Shown here piece by piece: positions 8,802 to 17,550 of a DNA stretch of 57,606 nucleotides (its first letter is position 1; every line of letters begins with the position of its first letter). A program made the position numbers and the translations under genes. This stretch comes from Haliea sp. (GTDB taxonomy: Bacteria; Pseudomonadota; Gammaproteobacteria; Pseudomonadales; Halieaceae), in assembly GCA_002862985.1 (NCBI GenBank), contig PKCY01000148.1, forward strand, positions 1-57,606, written 5' to 3'. The notes below the pieces were generated by a model. The model worked only from the letters and a program-made list of their open reading frames with translations. It had not been told where the DNA came from and ran no database searches.

Positions 8802-9905
8802 ATGGGTTTTAGAATTCCACTAACTCCCGAGGAGTTTGACGTAACAATACTGGAAAAATTGATTCAGACTAAATACCCTGATGTCCAGCTCAATTCCGTA
8901 GCATTGGTAGATTCCGCCCTTTCCTCCGAGGGCGAGGAAAGGGTATCAACCGCAGGGCGTATTACGTTTGATGTATTCTTCAAAAATGGTAGGACCATGA
9001 ATCTGCCTAAGCGATTGATGGTTAAGGTAGCGCGCCCGGAGTTCATTGAAATCCCACTATACGAGAACGAAGTAAATATCTACACACGGCTAGGTGATGA
9101 GATTTTTATGAAAACACCCCGATGCTTCGGCGGTTTCCGAGATCATGAGAGCCTTAGCTTCGGCTTGGTTTTGGAGGACCTGCGCACAACTAATGTGACA
9201 TTTGAAAACGTAATTTCCAAGTTTCGTGCAGAAGATACAGCAGCTCTACTTGAGCAGCTCGCTTTATTACATGCTCCTTATTGGGAGTCACCCCGTTTTA
9301 ATGATGACCTGGACTGGATACAGCCTCACACATCGGGCCCTATCCATGATCTCTTTTCATTGGAAAAGGGAGGCGTTCATTTTCTTATCAATCATGAAAT
9401 CGCGACTCACCAGTTCAAACGCGAATTGCTAGAATCAATCGGAGAATCCTCGAAATCTCTAGCGGAGCAGGTAGCCCACGTACAGCGGCACCAGGCAAGC
9501 CTCCCTTGTACACTCCTTCACGGTGACGCCCATGTTGGCAACACTTATAAAACCCAAAACGGAGAACGCGGCTATTTGGATTTTCAGTTATCAGCACGTG
9601 GGTTCTGCATGCATGATGTCAGCTATACAATAGTTACCTCGCTTGCCGTCCAGGATCGTAGGCAGTACGAAATGAACTTGATCAATGGTTACCGTGAGCG
9701 TCTCATTGAGCTGGGTGTACATACACCGCCGTCATTGGATATGTTATTTGAAGAATATCGCCGTGCAATGGCTTGGAACCTTTATATTGGGTGGCTGACA
9801 TCACCGACGGAAAACTATGGCTGGGAAATTACAATTGGTAACCTAATACGCCTTGCTACTGCTTATCGTGACCTGGAGTCAGCCAAAGCGATTGCTGCGC
9901 TGTAA
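8802..9905 (+). CDS. APH/ecdysteroid-kinase-like (EcKL) phosphotransferase, cassette
   Basis: Motifs LVLEDL, LLHGDAHVGN (Brenner motif), LDFQ and DVSY. Confidence 0.9.
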   Translation: MGFRIPLTPEEFDVTILEKLIQTKYPDVQLNSVALVDSALSSEGEERVSTAGRITFDVFFKNGRTMNLPKRLMVKVARPEFIEIPLYENEVNIYTRLGDEIFMKTPRCFGGFRDHESLSFGLVLEDLRTTNVTFENVISKFRAEDTAALLEQLALLHAPYWESPRFNDDLDWIQPHTSGPIHDLFSLEKGGVHFLINHEIATHQFKRELLESIGESSKSLAEQVAHVQRHQASLPCTLLHGDAHVGNTYKTQNGERGYLDFQLSARGFCMHDVSYTIVTSLAVQDRRQYEMNLINGYRERLIELGVHTPPSLDMLFEEYRRAMAWNLYIGWLTSPTENYGWEITIGNLIRLATAYRDLESAKAIAAL

Positions 9906-9913
9906 TCAACGAA

Positions 9914-10006
9914 ACATAACAAGCGCATCAAAGAGCACTCGCAAACACACGCGGTTTGGACTTACTTGCGCTACGCTTCAGTTAGTCGTTTATGCGGGCG
10001 TTAGAC
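9914..10006 (+). repeat. attC site (intact cores)
   Basis: ACATAAC AAGCGCATCAA (9914-) ... TTTATGCGGGC GTTAGAC (10000-10006). Confidence 0.9.
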
Positions 10007-10033
10007 AATCGAAAGTAGGAATCAAAGATAAGA

Positions 10034-10669
10034 ATGAAGGAAGAAGACATCGATGGGGTTTACCAGCGCGCTGGGCTCACTCACCAATTGGGCTTTGGCC
10101 AGCGCCCGGCATTAATGATCGTGGACATGCAAGTCGGGTTTACCGAGCCTGAAAAATCCAAAATTGCAGGCGACTTCGGCAGCCAGATAGAAGTTATTAA
10201 CAAGCTCATTTCGGTGGCAAGGGGCAAAGAAACACCGGTAATCTTCACTGCCATAGCCTACGAAGCAGAAAAACAGGCCGATAGGGGCTTGTGGGTCAAT
10301 AAAATACCTGCGTTGCATAGCCTTGTTCGAGGAAGTGAACTTGTAGAAATAGATTCGCGACTGAGAAGAGATCATGAAGACCTCATTATTTATAAAAAGT
10401 TTGCTTCAGCGTTCTTCGGAACCGGCCTATATTCAATACTGTCGGCAAAAGGAATCGACACTCTGATAGTCACCGGTTGTACAACCAGCGGCTGTATCCG
10501 TGCAACCGTTGTTGACGCCATATCATATGGCTTTCATCCTATTATTCCTCTGGAAGCAATAGGCGACAGAGCGCAAAAGCCACACGAGGCGAATATCTAT
10601 GATATTAATGCCAAGTATGGAGATGTGGTAGCGATAGCTGTAGCACTCGATTATCTGAGGAATCTTTAG
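10034..10669 (+). CDS. Isochorismatase-family cysteine hydrolase (N-carbamoylsarcosine amidase-like), cassette
   Basis: PALMIVDMQ, KKFASAFFGT and GCTTSGCIRAT provide the D-K-C triad. A broken R'' box GCCTAAG (10674-10680) follows. Confidence 0.92.
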   Translation: MKEEDIDGVYQRAGLTHQLGFGQRPALMIVDMQVGFTEPEKSKIAGDFGSQIEVINKLISVARGKETPVIFTAIAYEAEKQADRGLWVNKIPALHSLVRGSELVEIDSRLRRDHEDLIIYKKFASAFFGTGLYSILSAKGIDTLIVTGCTTSGCIRATVVDAISYGFHPIIPLEAIGDRAQKPHEANIYDINAKYGDVVAIAVALDYLRNL

Positions 10670-10777
10670 GCTTGCCTAAGCCATCGCTACACCTGCCCCC
10701 GCCATTTCTCAACATACACGAGGCCGGGAACCGGCAGCTAGGTTGCAGAAAAAAGTGGGCTCTAGCTTTTGGCCTGT

Positions 10778-11914
10778 TTAAAACAGTATTTGGAAACGCG
10801 CAGAAACTGCGTGGCCGTCAGGGTCGGCGTGCGTGACACTGCCTGCTATATCAGGGTAGAGGTAAGCTAGCATCACTTTGATGTTACGCCTATAGTAATA
10901 ATTGACGCCCAGCGTGGTGATAGATGCCTTTGCACCCAACCCCCTATCACGCACATTGAGATAGCTATAACGGCTCACTAACTCCCATGTACCGCTATCG
11001 GCACCTGGCCTCACCGCACCAAGCTTCCCTCTGCTGAGCTTACGATGTTCACCACCAAGTAGATAACTCGCGGTAAAATAGTAACCATCATAGTTCCAGT
11101 TGGTACCACCTACCTCTTCAACGCGAGTGGCCATATACTCAGCTTGCAACAGCAAACTCTTGCGACTCCACGCGCCCTCCAGCCCTAGGACTACTTGATT
11201 ATCAGCATCGAACTCTGCACTCCTTACCACGTTGTCAGCACTTGAAACTTCAGCCCGGTTCCTGATCTGAAAACTATTTTTATCCCAATCTCGCCAGGAA
11301 CCCGACAGCCCTAACCGCAAAGTCTGCTCATCTGTGCGGACCGGAGCGAAGGTAAATCGGCCCGCGAGGGCAATAGGCTCGTCTTCCTTATAGCCACCAT
11401 CCCGACCATTATTGTTCTCTTCCACCATCGCCGCCAGCGACCACGTTCTGCGCTTATTTGAATCGTTGAGACGGATCCCCCAGTTTTTTCTTGGCGTGAA
11501 TGATGAGGTCATCATGGAATCTTCGATCGTGACCAGCCGGGCACTGCGGATATTGCGCTCCATGCCTAAGGGTTCCTTCATTTTGCCCAAGGTAATGTCT
11601 GCAAATTTCCAGTCAGTGTAGCGAATGTAGGTAGAACCGAGAAAGACATCACTGCCATCAGAGTCCGCTTCAGTATTTATTTGCAGCTTGGCTTCCCAGC
11701 CTGCAGGGAAGTCGTAGTTGAGCTGGATACGGCCATTGCGAAGCTCGGCCTTGGTAGTTGAATTATCACCATCCTTACTCCAAAAGGATTCATAATAATC
11801 TGCATCTACCAGTATCTGTCCGCTTATCTGGAGTCGCTCTTTCTCGGCCAGCGTTGGCGTAGAAAGTAGCAGGCTTATTAATGCCCAAATTCTGGTGGCT
11901 CTTGAATTAATCAT
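10778..11914 (-). CDS. OprO/OprP-family phosphate/polyphosphate-selective porin
   Basis: Signal peptide; motifs GKMKEPLGME, LLQAEY, GYYFTASY.L.GEHR, GTWELVSRYS and TLGVNYY; terminal Phe. Confidence 0.88.
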   Translation of the reverse strand: MINSRATRIWALISLLLSTPTLAEKERLQISGQILVDADYYESFWSKDGDNSTTKAELRNGRIQLNYDFPAGWEAKLQINTEADSDGSDVFLGSTYIRYTDWKFADITLGKMKEPLGMERNIRSARLVTIEDSMMTSSFTPRKNWGIRLNDSNKRRTWSLAAMVEENNNGRDGGYKEDEPIALAGRFTFAPVRTDEQTLRLGLSGSWRDWDKNSFQIRNRAEVSSADNVVRSAEFDADNQVVLGLEGAWSRKSLLLQAEYMATRVEEVGGTNWNYDGYYFTASYLLGGEHRKLSRGKLGAVRPGADSGTWELVSRYSYLNVRDRGLGAKASITTLGVNYYYRRNIKVMLAYLYPDIAGSVTHADPDGHAVSARFQILF

Positions 11915-12491
11915 CTGATGTCCTAGGTATATATTGCAGCTTCAGCAGGGCTGTATCCCTAAGAAAATTGATCTCATTGATTTCTACACTACGAACATCC
12001 AGCCCCGTACGCGTGCGTAAATCCTCCAGTAATTCAGCTTCCCTTTCAGGAACGATATTTTCTATTTTTTCATACTGGACGATTTGCTCTTCCAGCACTG
12101 GCAGGAGTAGGCTTGTTTCCGTGATATAAGCCATCACACATACCAGGGAAAGTAGCAGCGCAAGCTCCAAATAAGTCATGTCGCCAACGGCAGACAGGAG
12201 TGACATCGCTATGACCAGAAACAGGTACGTCATTTCCTTAATCGTGATGGATTCTGTGCGATAACGCAGCATGGAAAATATAGCAAAGAGGCCGAAGGCA
12301 AAGCCGAGTGAGATATCGACAGTCGACAGCTGACTGGTGACTAGAAACACACCCATGCCAAATAAGATAAATGAGCTGGCATAGGCTCGATGCCTTGAAG
12401 CTCTGAAATAAATAAGCCTGATCAATATCAGAACTGCCGTCATATTAATCAGCAGTTTTATTAAAAAATCATAGTCGTCGGTTAAACTCAT
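11907..12491 (-). CDS. DUF4956 membrane protein
   Basis: Motifs SLGFAFGLFAIFSMLRYRTESITIKEMTYLF and C-terminal LLEDLRTRTGL...INFLRDTA. Confidence 0.92.
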   Translation of the reverse strand: MSLTDDYDFLIKLLINMTAVLILIRLIYFRASRHRAYASSFILFGMGVFLVTSQLSTVDISLGFAFGLFAIFSMLRYRTESITIKEMTYLFLVIAMSLLSAVGDMTYLELALLLSLVCVMAYITETSLLLPVLEEQIVQYEKIENIVPEREAELLEDLRTRTGLDVRSVEINEINFLRDTALLKLQYIPRTSDD

Positions 12492-12504
12492 ACGAGTGCT
12501 ACTC

Positions 12505-13305
12505 CTACAGCTCGCTGGCTTTCTTTATTTTCGCAAACGTTGATTTGAAGCGATTGCTTTTCAGCAAGCCGCTATCAGTCAAACAAACCCCGGCACAATA
12601 TTTACTGAACGTTTCGGGCGAAAACCCACGGTCTTTGGCCGTTTTAACGAAAGGGGAGTGATTGGCTTTTCCGTGTCTTTTTAGCTCAGCGATTAACAGG
12701 CCCTCAAGTCTTGCCACCCTGGTTTTTTCTGGGCGCCGATAACAAAGATCGTAGTCTAATGTCAGGCGTTCGTTGTCAGCATGATTCCAAAGCGTAAGCC
12801 GTCGATAATTTACATAGAGGCTAGGTTTGACAAATTCTTCTTCAATGGCCATATGGCTTGACGAAGATTCTGTGCAGCTGACCCGCTCCTTCACCGTACG
12901 ATCTTTATTAGTCTTGATCTTCTTTTCAAAATAGGAAATGTCGGTCTCATGGTAGCGGCGGAAACGAAATTTATGCCGGTTCAGCTTGCCATTATGATGC
13001 TGCAAGTAAAAGTCCCAGGCAGGAGTATCAAAATAAGTGTTTTCGTAAGTAAATAGACGATAGCCTGATTCTTCCAGGATAGTATAGTCCGAATTCAAGG
13101 CATTGAGAAAGCGGGGCAATACTCGTACGGGCAATAAGAATTTTGAATCGGTGCGGTCGGCCAAGGTGATGGCTGATTGTTCTTTAAGGGTATGCGCACA
13201 AAACTGGCTTACCATCGGCGCGCACGACTTTTCTATATCGTGGGCCTTGCTTCTGAGTTCACTATGATCGCTGCGGTATTGCGTTTGCTCGAGTTTAAGT
13301 TGCAT
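12505..13305 (-). CDS. VTC-domain (polyphosphate polymerase-like, CYTH/TTM fold) protein
   Basis: Motifs RTDSKF, YENTYFDT, KFRFRRY, EKKIK, KER, ERLTLD, IAELK and FSKYC. Confidence 0.92.
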   Translation of the reverse strand: MQLKLEQTQYRSDHSELRSKAHDIEKSCAPMVSQFCAHTLKEQSAITLADRTDSKFLLPVRVLPRFLNALNSDYTILEESGYRLFTYENTYFDTPAWDFYLQHHNGKLNRHKFRFRRYHETDISYFEKKIKTNKDRTVKERVSCTESSSSHMAIEEEFVKPSLYVNYRRLTLWNHADNERLTLDYDLCYRRPEKTRVARLEGLLIAELKRHGKANHSPFVKTAKDRGFSPETFSKYCAGVCLTDSGLLKSNRFKSTFAKIKKASEL

Positions 13306-13308
13306 GGG

Positions 13309-14982
13309 TCACAAGCCACCGCCAAAAAGGCCGCGGCTGTCAACAAATTCAGCCGTGAAACGCATATTCACCTCGCCGCCGAGTGTGGGTGCCTCGTCAA
13401 AGGAAATTAAACCGGCGCCCGTTACCCCGTTTATTTGAAAGCCGCTACTACCCGCACCGCCAAGGGTGCCGCGCAGAATCATCGTCGTCGTACCCTGAAG
13501 AGGAACCTCTAGCTGGCCAAACTCATCCTTTTCTATCAGCACTGGGAAAAGAACCAGCGACCCGTCTAGCAAGCCTGACAGACTGATGAAGACACTGCTC
13601 GATGGGAGGTCGCCTCCGACGCCCGCCGCTGGGGGAGCGGCCCTAACCTGTACAGTGATTAAATCGCCCTTCAAATCGACCCATTCAACGGTGCCCCTTC
13701 CGTTAACAATGTTCCCGGTGAGTGTCATATACCCACTTCTATCACACACAATCGCTCTATCAGGAATAGTGCGTTCTATTTGCTGCGTCTCTCCGGCGAC
13801 TGCCGCTCTAATTTTTCCTTCATAGTCGCGAATAAACGCGCGGACTTGTTCCATATTTTCTTCGGGTGTCTGAGTCAGGTCTCTTATGCGGTCAACCTCT
13901 GCATTGAGCGACTCAGCGTTCCAGAGCTGTCCCAACAGCTCCAGCACTCGCGCATCATATTTTTGTTTAAATTCTGGAATTTTATAGAGGCGCGATGGAA
14001 TTTGCGTGGCACGGTATAGTGGACCTGTGCCAGGGTCTAATACGCTATCCTGTTCCAGAGCGGCGTCCGTGCCCCACGGGATGTAATAAAAACGACCATT
14101 GTCAGGGTTATCGTAAATAAAATAGTTGTTTGCATTCGACGTGGAGCCATCCCAGTGGCCGGCAACTGTCTCCATCGCCCAAAATAATATGAAGGCCTCT
14201 AAATCAACCACTTGAGACAGCAGGCCGGGTAGATTTTCATCCGTAGCACTCAGTGCTGAAACCACAGCACTAAGATCTGATCGGTCGTTTATCTCCCTAT
14301 TTGTTTTAAGTTGAAAGTTTTCTTTCAGGTTTTCGCCGAAATCTGCAATCTGAGCCTCGTATAAATTACCGGCATCATTGTCGAAGTTACGCCTGAGAAA
14401 ATGTTTCTTGATGCTTTCCACATGCGAGTAAGTACCCAGGTCCTTGCCGTTGACGCTCACGCGAGCGAAATTGCATCTGGGCGCAGGTACGCCCGCCTCC
14501 CTGAAAAGCTCGTAGGACATGCAGGTATGCGTATTGCTGGGGTCCTGAAGGTTATTATTCAGTGTCATGCGCTCAAGGTCATACAGGCGTCTGCCGGGCC
14601 TAAGCTCGTCGAAGTTCAATTTTAAGGAGGGACGCCCTGCTGAGAGGGAACCCAGAAAGCCTTTTTTACGGATATCGACGTCGTCCAGTACCTCTCCATT
14701 GACAGTTACGGTGGCGTTAAAATTACTATATTCAAACTCTTTTGCACAACCAGTGACGATAGTCGCGAAGTTGCGACCCTCATTTCGCAGGATGTCGTAG
14801 TCATCGGGGTTCATCTTAATATCAACGTGTACAATTTCGTTTGGTTGAAACAACTGATCGCTCGTATCGGGCTGCGCGGGGCGCAGATCACCATTACTGG
14901 CAACTGTTGTGCCACCATCGACGCCGCAACCCGCCAACATTAACAGCGCTAACATCATGAAAATGCTCAATATTCGATACAT
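13309..14982 (-). CDS. CotH-family kinase lipoprotein
   Basis: Lipobox LAGC; motifs IRKKG, SLKLNFD, LNNNLQDPS, GTYSHVE, GNLYE, HWDG..NANNYFIY and FYYIPWGTD; plus an unrecognised C-terminal beta-rich domain. Confidence 0.9.
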   Translation of the reverse strand: MYRILSIFMMLALLMLAGCGVDGGTTVASNGDLRPAQPDTSDQLFQPNEIVHVDIKMNPDDYDILRNEGRNFATIVTGCAKEFEYSNFNATVTVNGEVLDDVDIRKKGFLGSLSAGRPSLKLNFDELRPGRRLYDLERMTLNNNLQDPSNTHTCMSYELFREAGVPAPRCNFARVSVNGKDLGTYSHVESIKKHFLRRNFDNDAGNLYEAQIADFGENLKENFQLKTNREINDRSDLSAVVSALSATDENLPGLLSQVVDLEAFILFWAMETVAGHWDGSTSNANNYFIYDNPDNGRFYYIPWGTDAALEQDSVLDPGTGPLYRATQIPSRLYKIPEFKQKYDARVLELLGQLWNAESLNAEVDRIRDLTQTPEENMEQVRAFIRDYEGKIRAAVAGETQQIERTIPDRAIVCDRSGYMTLTGNIVNGRGTVEWVDLKGDLITVQVRAAPPAAGVGGDLPSSSVFISLSGLLDGSLVLFPVLIEKDEFGQLEVPLQGTTTMILRGTLGGAGSSGFQINGVTGAGLISFDEAPTLGGEVNMRFTAEFVDSRGLFGGGL

Positions 14983-15056
14983 AACTTTGCCAATCGGTTA
15001 TACACTTGTGATCGATCTACTAATTGCGTGTTTGCGCGCTTATGTCAACTGCAGTC

Positions 15057-15256
15057 TAACGATTGAGAAGAGTGCATTGGGTCAGTGGCATCAAACAAGC
15101 CACCAACGGGTCGCCGTGTGTCAGAAAGTGACGTCCACTGTAAGGGTGTCACAGACTGTAACGATTAGGAAGAGTGCATTGGGCCATTGGCACCAAACAA
15201 GGCACCATCGGGTCGCCGCGTGGCAGTGCATGACTTACATCATTAGAGTGTCACAG
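15057..15256. repeat. Imperfect tandem direct repeat, 2 x 102 bp, upstream of cotH operon
   Basis: Units start TAACGATT at 15057 and 15159. They share GAAGAGTGCATTGGG, TGGCAYCAAACAAG, CGGGTCGCCG and GTGTCACAG. Confidence 0.9.
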
Positions 15257-15409
15257 GCGCAAAAGTTCCCTACGAAAACAAGTTAATGCACTAATCGACA
15301 AGGATTCTCTATTGTTGCGGGTTTTTCACCGTTTTTTATCCCCGTCAGCCGCGTTATCCTCATGCAATCGCGCCTTAGGTTCCAGTTACTATCAAGGCTC
15401 GCGGGTTCA

Positions 15410-16435
15410 TTACTGAAAAAATTGAAGCTCAGGGTGTCGGTATAACCTACTTCTAAAGTGGCGTTGCTCTGGGTCAGTAATCTCTTTGCAGGTCGCCCCG
15501 TCTACACTGCGCACACCATCGTCTGACAAAACTAGAATCTGACCGCCTTTTTCGTCGGGGAATACACCAATGGCCTCGGGGTTAAAGTCTGTAAATATGA
15601 GACTTTTCACTTTCTCCACTTCATCACTCTCGCCATCCCAGAGGAACAGTGAGGACTGCCCCTCCGCGCCTTCTAGCTGGTTGCCTATGATCATATAGGC
15701 GCCGGCCTCCGAGGTCATAGCTCGAATACCGCCATCCAGGTTAATCAACCTTGGGCGGCCAAACAACGCGGCCTCTCCGGCGATAATGCCCGCAGGGTTT
15801 TCTAATTCAACGATCAATGACTTGCCAGAAATAGTGGGACTGCGAAAGCCTATAAGTAGATGTCCGTTGGGCATATTAGCGACCGCTTCTATATTTAGCC
15901 CACCCTCCGCTTTGGGGGGCAGTAGCGCAGCGCGATCTAGCTGGAAGGGTCGGTGTTGTGGCGCTGCGATTAGGTCTTCTAGCAGATGAGTGTAGGGGGA
16001 ACCAAGGGGAACCAAAACACGGTTAGCGCCATCATTGCGTATCCTTGTCGCAAAAAACTGCATCCGCGCTTTGGCCTTCTTTCCTTTCCGGTTACGCCCG
16101 TGTGAGGAAATCCAGTAAATTACATCACCGATGCGAGCGGCTCCTTCTATGTCAGCTTCTTTTGGCGCTTTGCGTGCACCTTTTCCGGCAGTATCAACGT
16201 GTTTACGCAGTTCGAGGAAGTCACTAAGTTCGAGAGAAGACTCTTGGGGGCCAGACGTATTGAGCTTGTATACAAGCAGGCTGTTGAGTTCGTCGTCAGC
16301 AACAGCAAATTCATCGTCACTTATCGCAACAACCCCCGAAGCATCACATATCCCAACATGGTCATGCTCTTCCAGGAATACGGCGGCCCCGCTAACGGAG
16401 GATGCCAGCAGCAATAAGACGATACTTTTAAACAC
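15410..16435 (-). CDS. DUF3616-family secreted beta-propeller-like protein
   Basis: Signal peptide; motifs CDASG, VADDE, DIEGAA, YWISSHG, NIEA, GFRSP, NPEA and VLSDDG. Confidence 0.8.
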   Translation of the reverse strand: MFKSIVLLLLASSVSGAAVFLEEHDHVGICDASGVVAISDDEFAVADDELNSLLVYKLNTSGPQESSLELSDFLELRKHVDTAGKGARKAPKEADIEGAARIGDVIYWISSHGRNRKGKKAKARMQFFATRIRNDGANRVLVPLGSPYTHLLEDLIAAPQHRPFQLDRAALLPPKAEGGLNIEAVANMPNGHLLIGFRSPTISGKSLIVELENPAGIIAGEAALFGRPRLINLDGGIRAMTSEAGAYMIIGNQLEGAEGQSSLFLWDGESDEVEKVKSLIFTDFNPEAIGVFPDEKGGQILVLSDDGVRSVDGATCKEITDPEQRHFRSRLYRHPELQFFQ

Positions 16436-16626
16436 TATACCTCCTGCGAGAGCAACAAGACTCGACCAAACACTACCCCGGTCTGGTGTGCCTGATGGAC
16501 TAATAGAGCCAGCTTATTGAGCGACGCCGAATGCAAGCACAGCCTCCAAAAAAACGCTATGCCGTTTGGTCCCTTACCACTGACCAGATGAATTGTAGCG
16601 ATAATTTTCCCAACTGTCTTTCTGGT

Positions 16627-16933
16627 GGTTTTGACAAGTTAACGTCTCTAGATCTGGAGCATCGCGGCTTTAAAGATCAAACAACGACCCTGCTCCATCC
16701 AGCTAACGCACTGATCCTGAGATCCCGATAATGTTGCTTGCCATTGATCCTTACTAAGACTTCATCAATGAAGCAGGTATCGCCATAGCCTCTGTGCTTT
16801 CGTTTCAATATCACGGTGGCTGAGATGGAAGCCATATTAGAGCCAAACAGCCTATGAAATTATATTTGGCGGGAATCTGTGGCGCTTATAAGTATCATGA
16901 GTCGATTCCACAAATTTCGGGCAGTTAACTTGG
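16627..16933 (-). mobile_element. IS6-family remnant with internal deletion
   Basis: Minus strand 16808-16677 reads LKRKHRGYGDTCFIDEVLVRINGKQHY|RDLRISALAGWSRVVV*, i.e. the IS6 DE-motif region fused directly to an IS6-like C-terminus. IR-like GGTTTTGACAAGTTAAC (16627-16643) and GTTAACTTGG (16924-16933). Confidence 0.75.
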
Positions 16934-17071
16934 CGTCAAGATTCCAAGCCCTGGACGTCGCCTATTAGCACTCTGCGATCGACCCTAAGCGCCCAGTTAT
17001 GCCACAATAGAGAATCGCCTAGTGCGGTGTTTTTTGTGGGTGGTAAATGGTGAGGTACACTTGGAAAACGT

Positions 17072-17153
17072 CGCCAACCACTGTAAGCAGGTCGCTCTCT
17101 TCGGTCGGTCGCTGGACATGGCTGACGGCACGCCCCTGTTGCAGGCATTAGGC
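17072..17153 (+). repeat. attC site (R' GTT>ATT)
   Basis: CGCCAAC (17072-17078) ... GCCCCTGTTGCAGGC ATTAGGC (17147-17153). Confidence 0.7.
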
Positions 17154-17184
17154 GCCTATAATAACTATTGATATAGAAAACGTT

Positions 17185-17445
17185 ATGATAGAAATTTTTG
17201 ATGAAGAAGCCAGGTCTCGAATAATCGAAATGGCGTGGGAAGACCGAACTCCGTTTGAGGCAATATACTTATGTTATGGCCTGTCAGAGCCAGAAGTTGT
17301 CAAGCTGATGCGTAAATCACTAAAGCCTTCGAGTTTTAAATTATGGCGTGCAAGGGTTAGTGGGCGTAAAACGAAGCATTTGAAATTAAGAGGCCCTGAG
17401 GTCTTACGCGGTTATTGCCCAACACAGTATAAACAACGGGGATAG
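17185..17445 (+). CDS. TIGR03643/DUF2805-family protein, cassette
   Basis: RIIEMAWEDRTPFEAI...LKPSSFKLWRARVSGRKTKH. Confidence 0.9.
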   Translation: MIEIFDEEARSRIIEMAWEDRTPFEAIYLCYGLSEPEVVKLMRKSLKPSSFKLWRARVSGRKTKHLKLRGPEVLRGYCPTQYKQRG

Positions 17446-17550
17446 CCTTGCTGCTAGTAAGCCCATCAAAAATCGCGCCTTTGGCATTGGACTCACAACA
17501 AGTCGCTCATCTTTTAGGGAAGCTTTAGGCATTACTACACGTACTAGAGC

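Noticed and set aside
15146-15162. Pho box (GTGTCAC-AGA-CTGTAAC), and a sigma54 GG-N10-GC motif near 15086
   Set aside because: The half-site period is 10 bp rather than 11. Both motifs face away from the operon, and the sigma54 motif is not kept in the second copy.
14909-15286. 125-aa + ORF with a 34-aa repeat
   Set aside because: It overlaps the cotH start antisense, has no SD and no family resemblance, and is better explained as a by-product of the 102-bp DNA repeat. It is not fully excluded.
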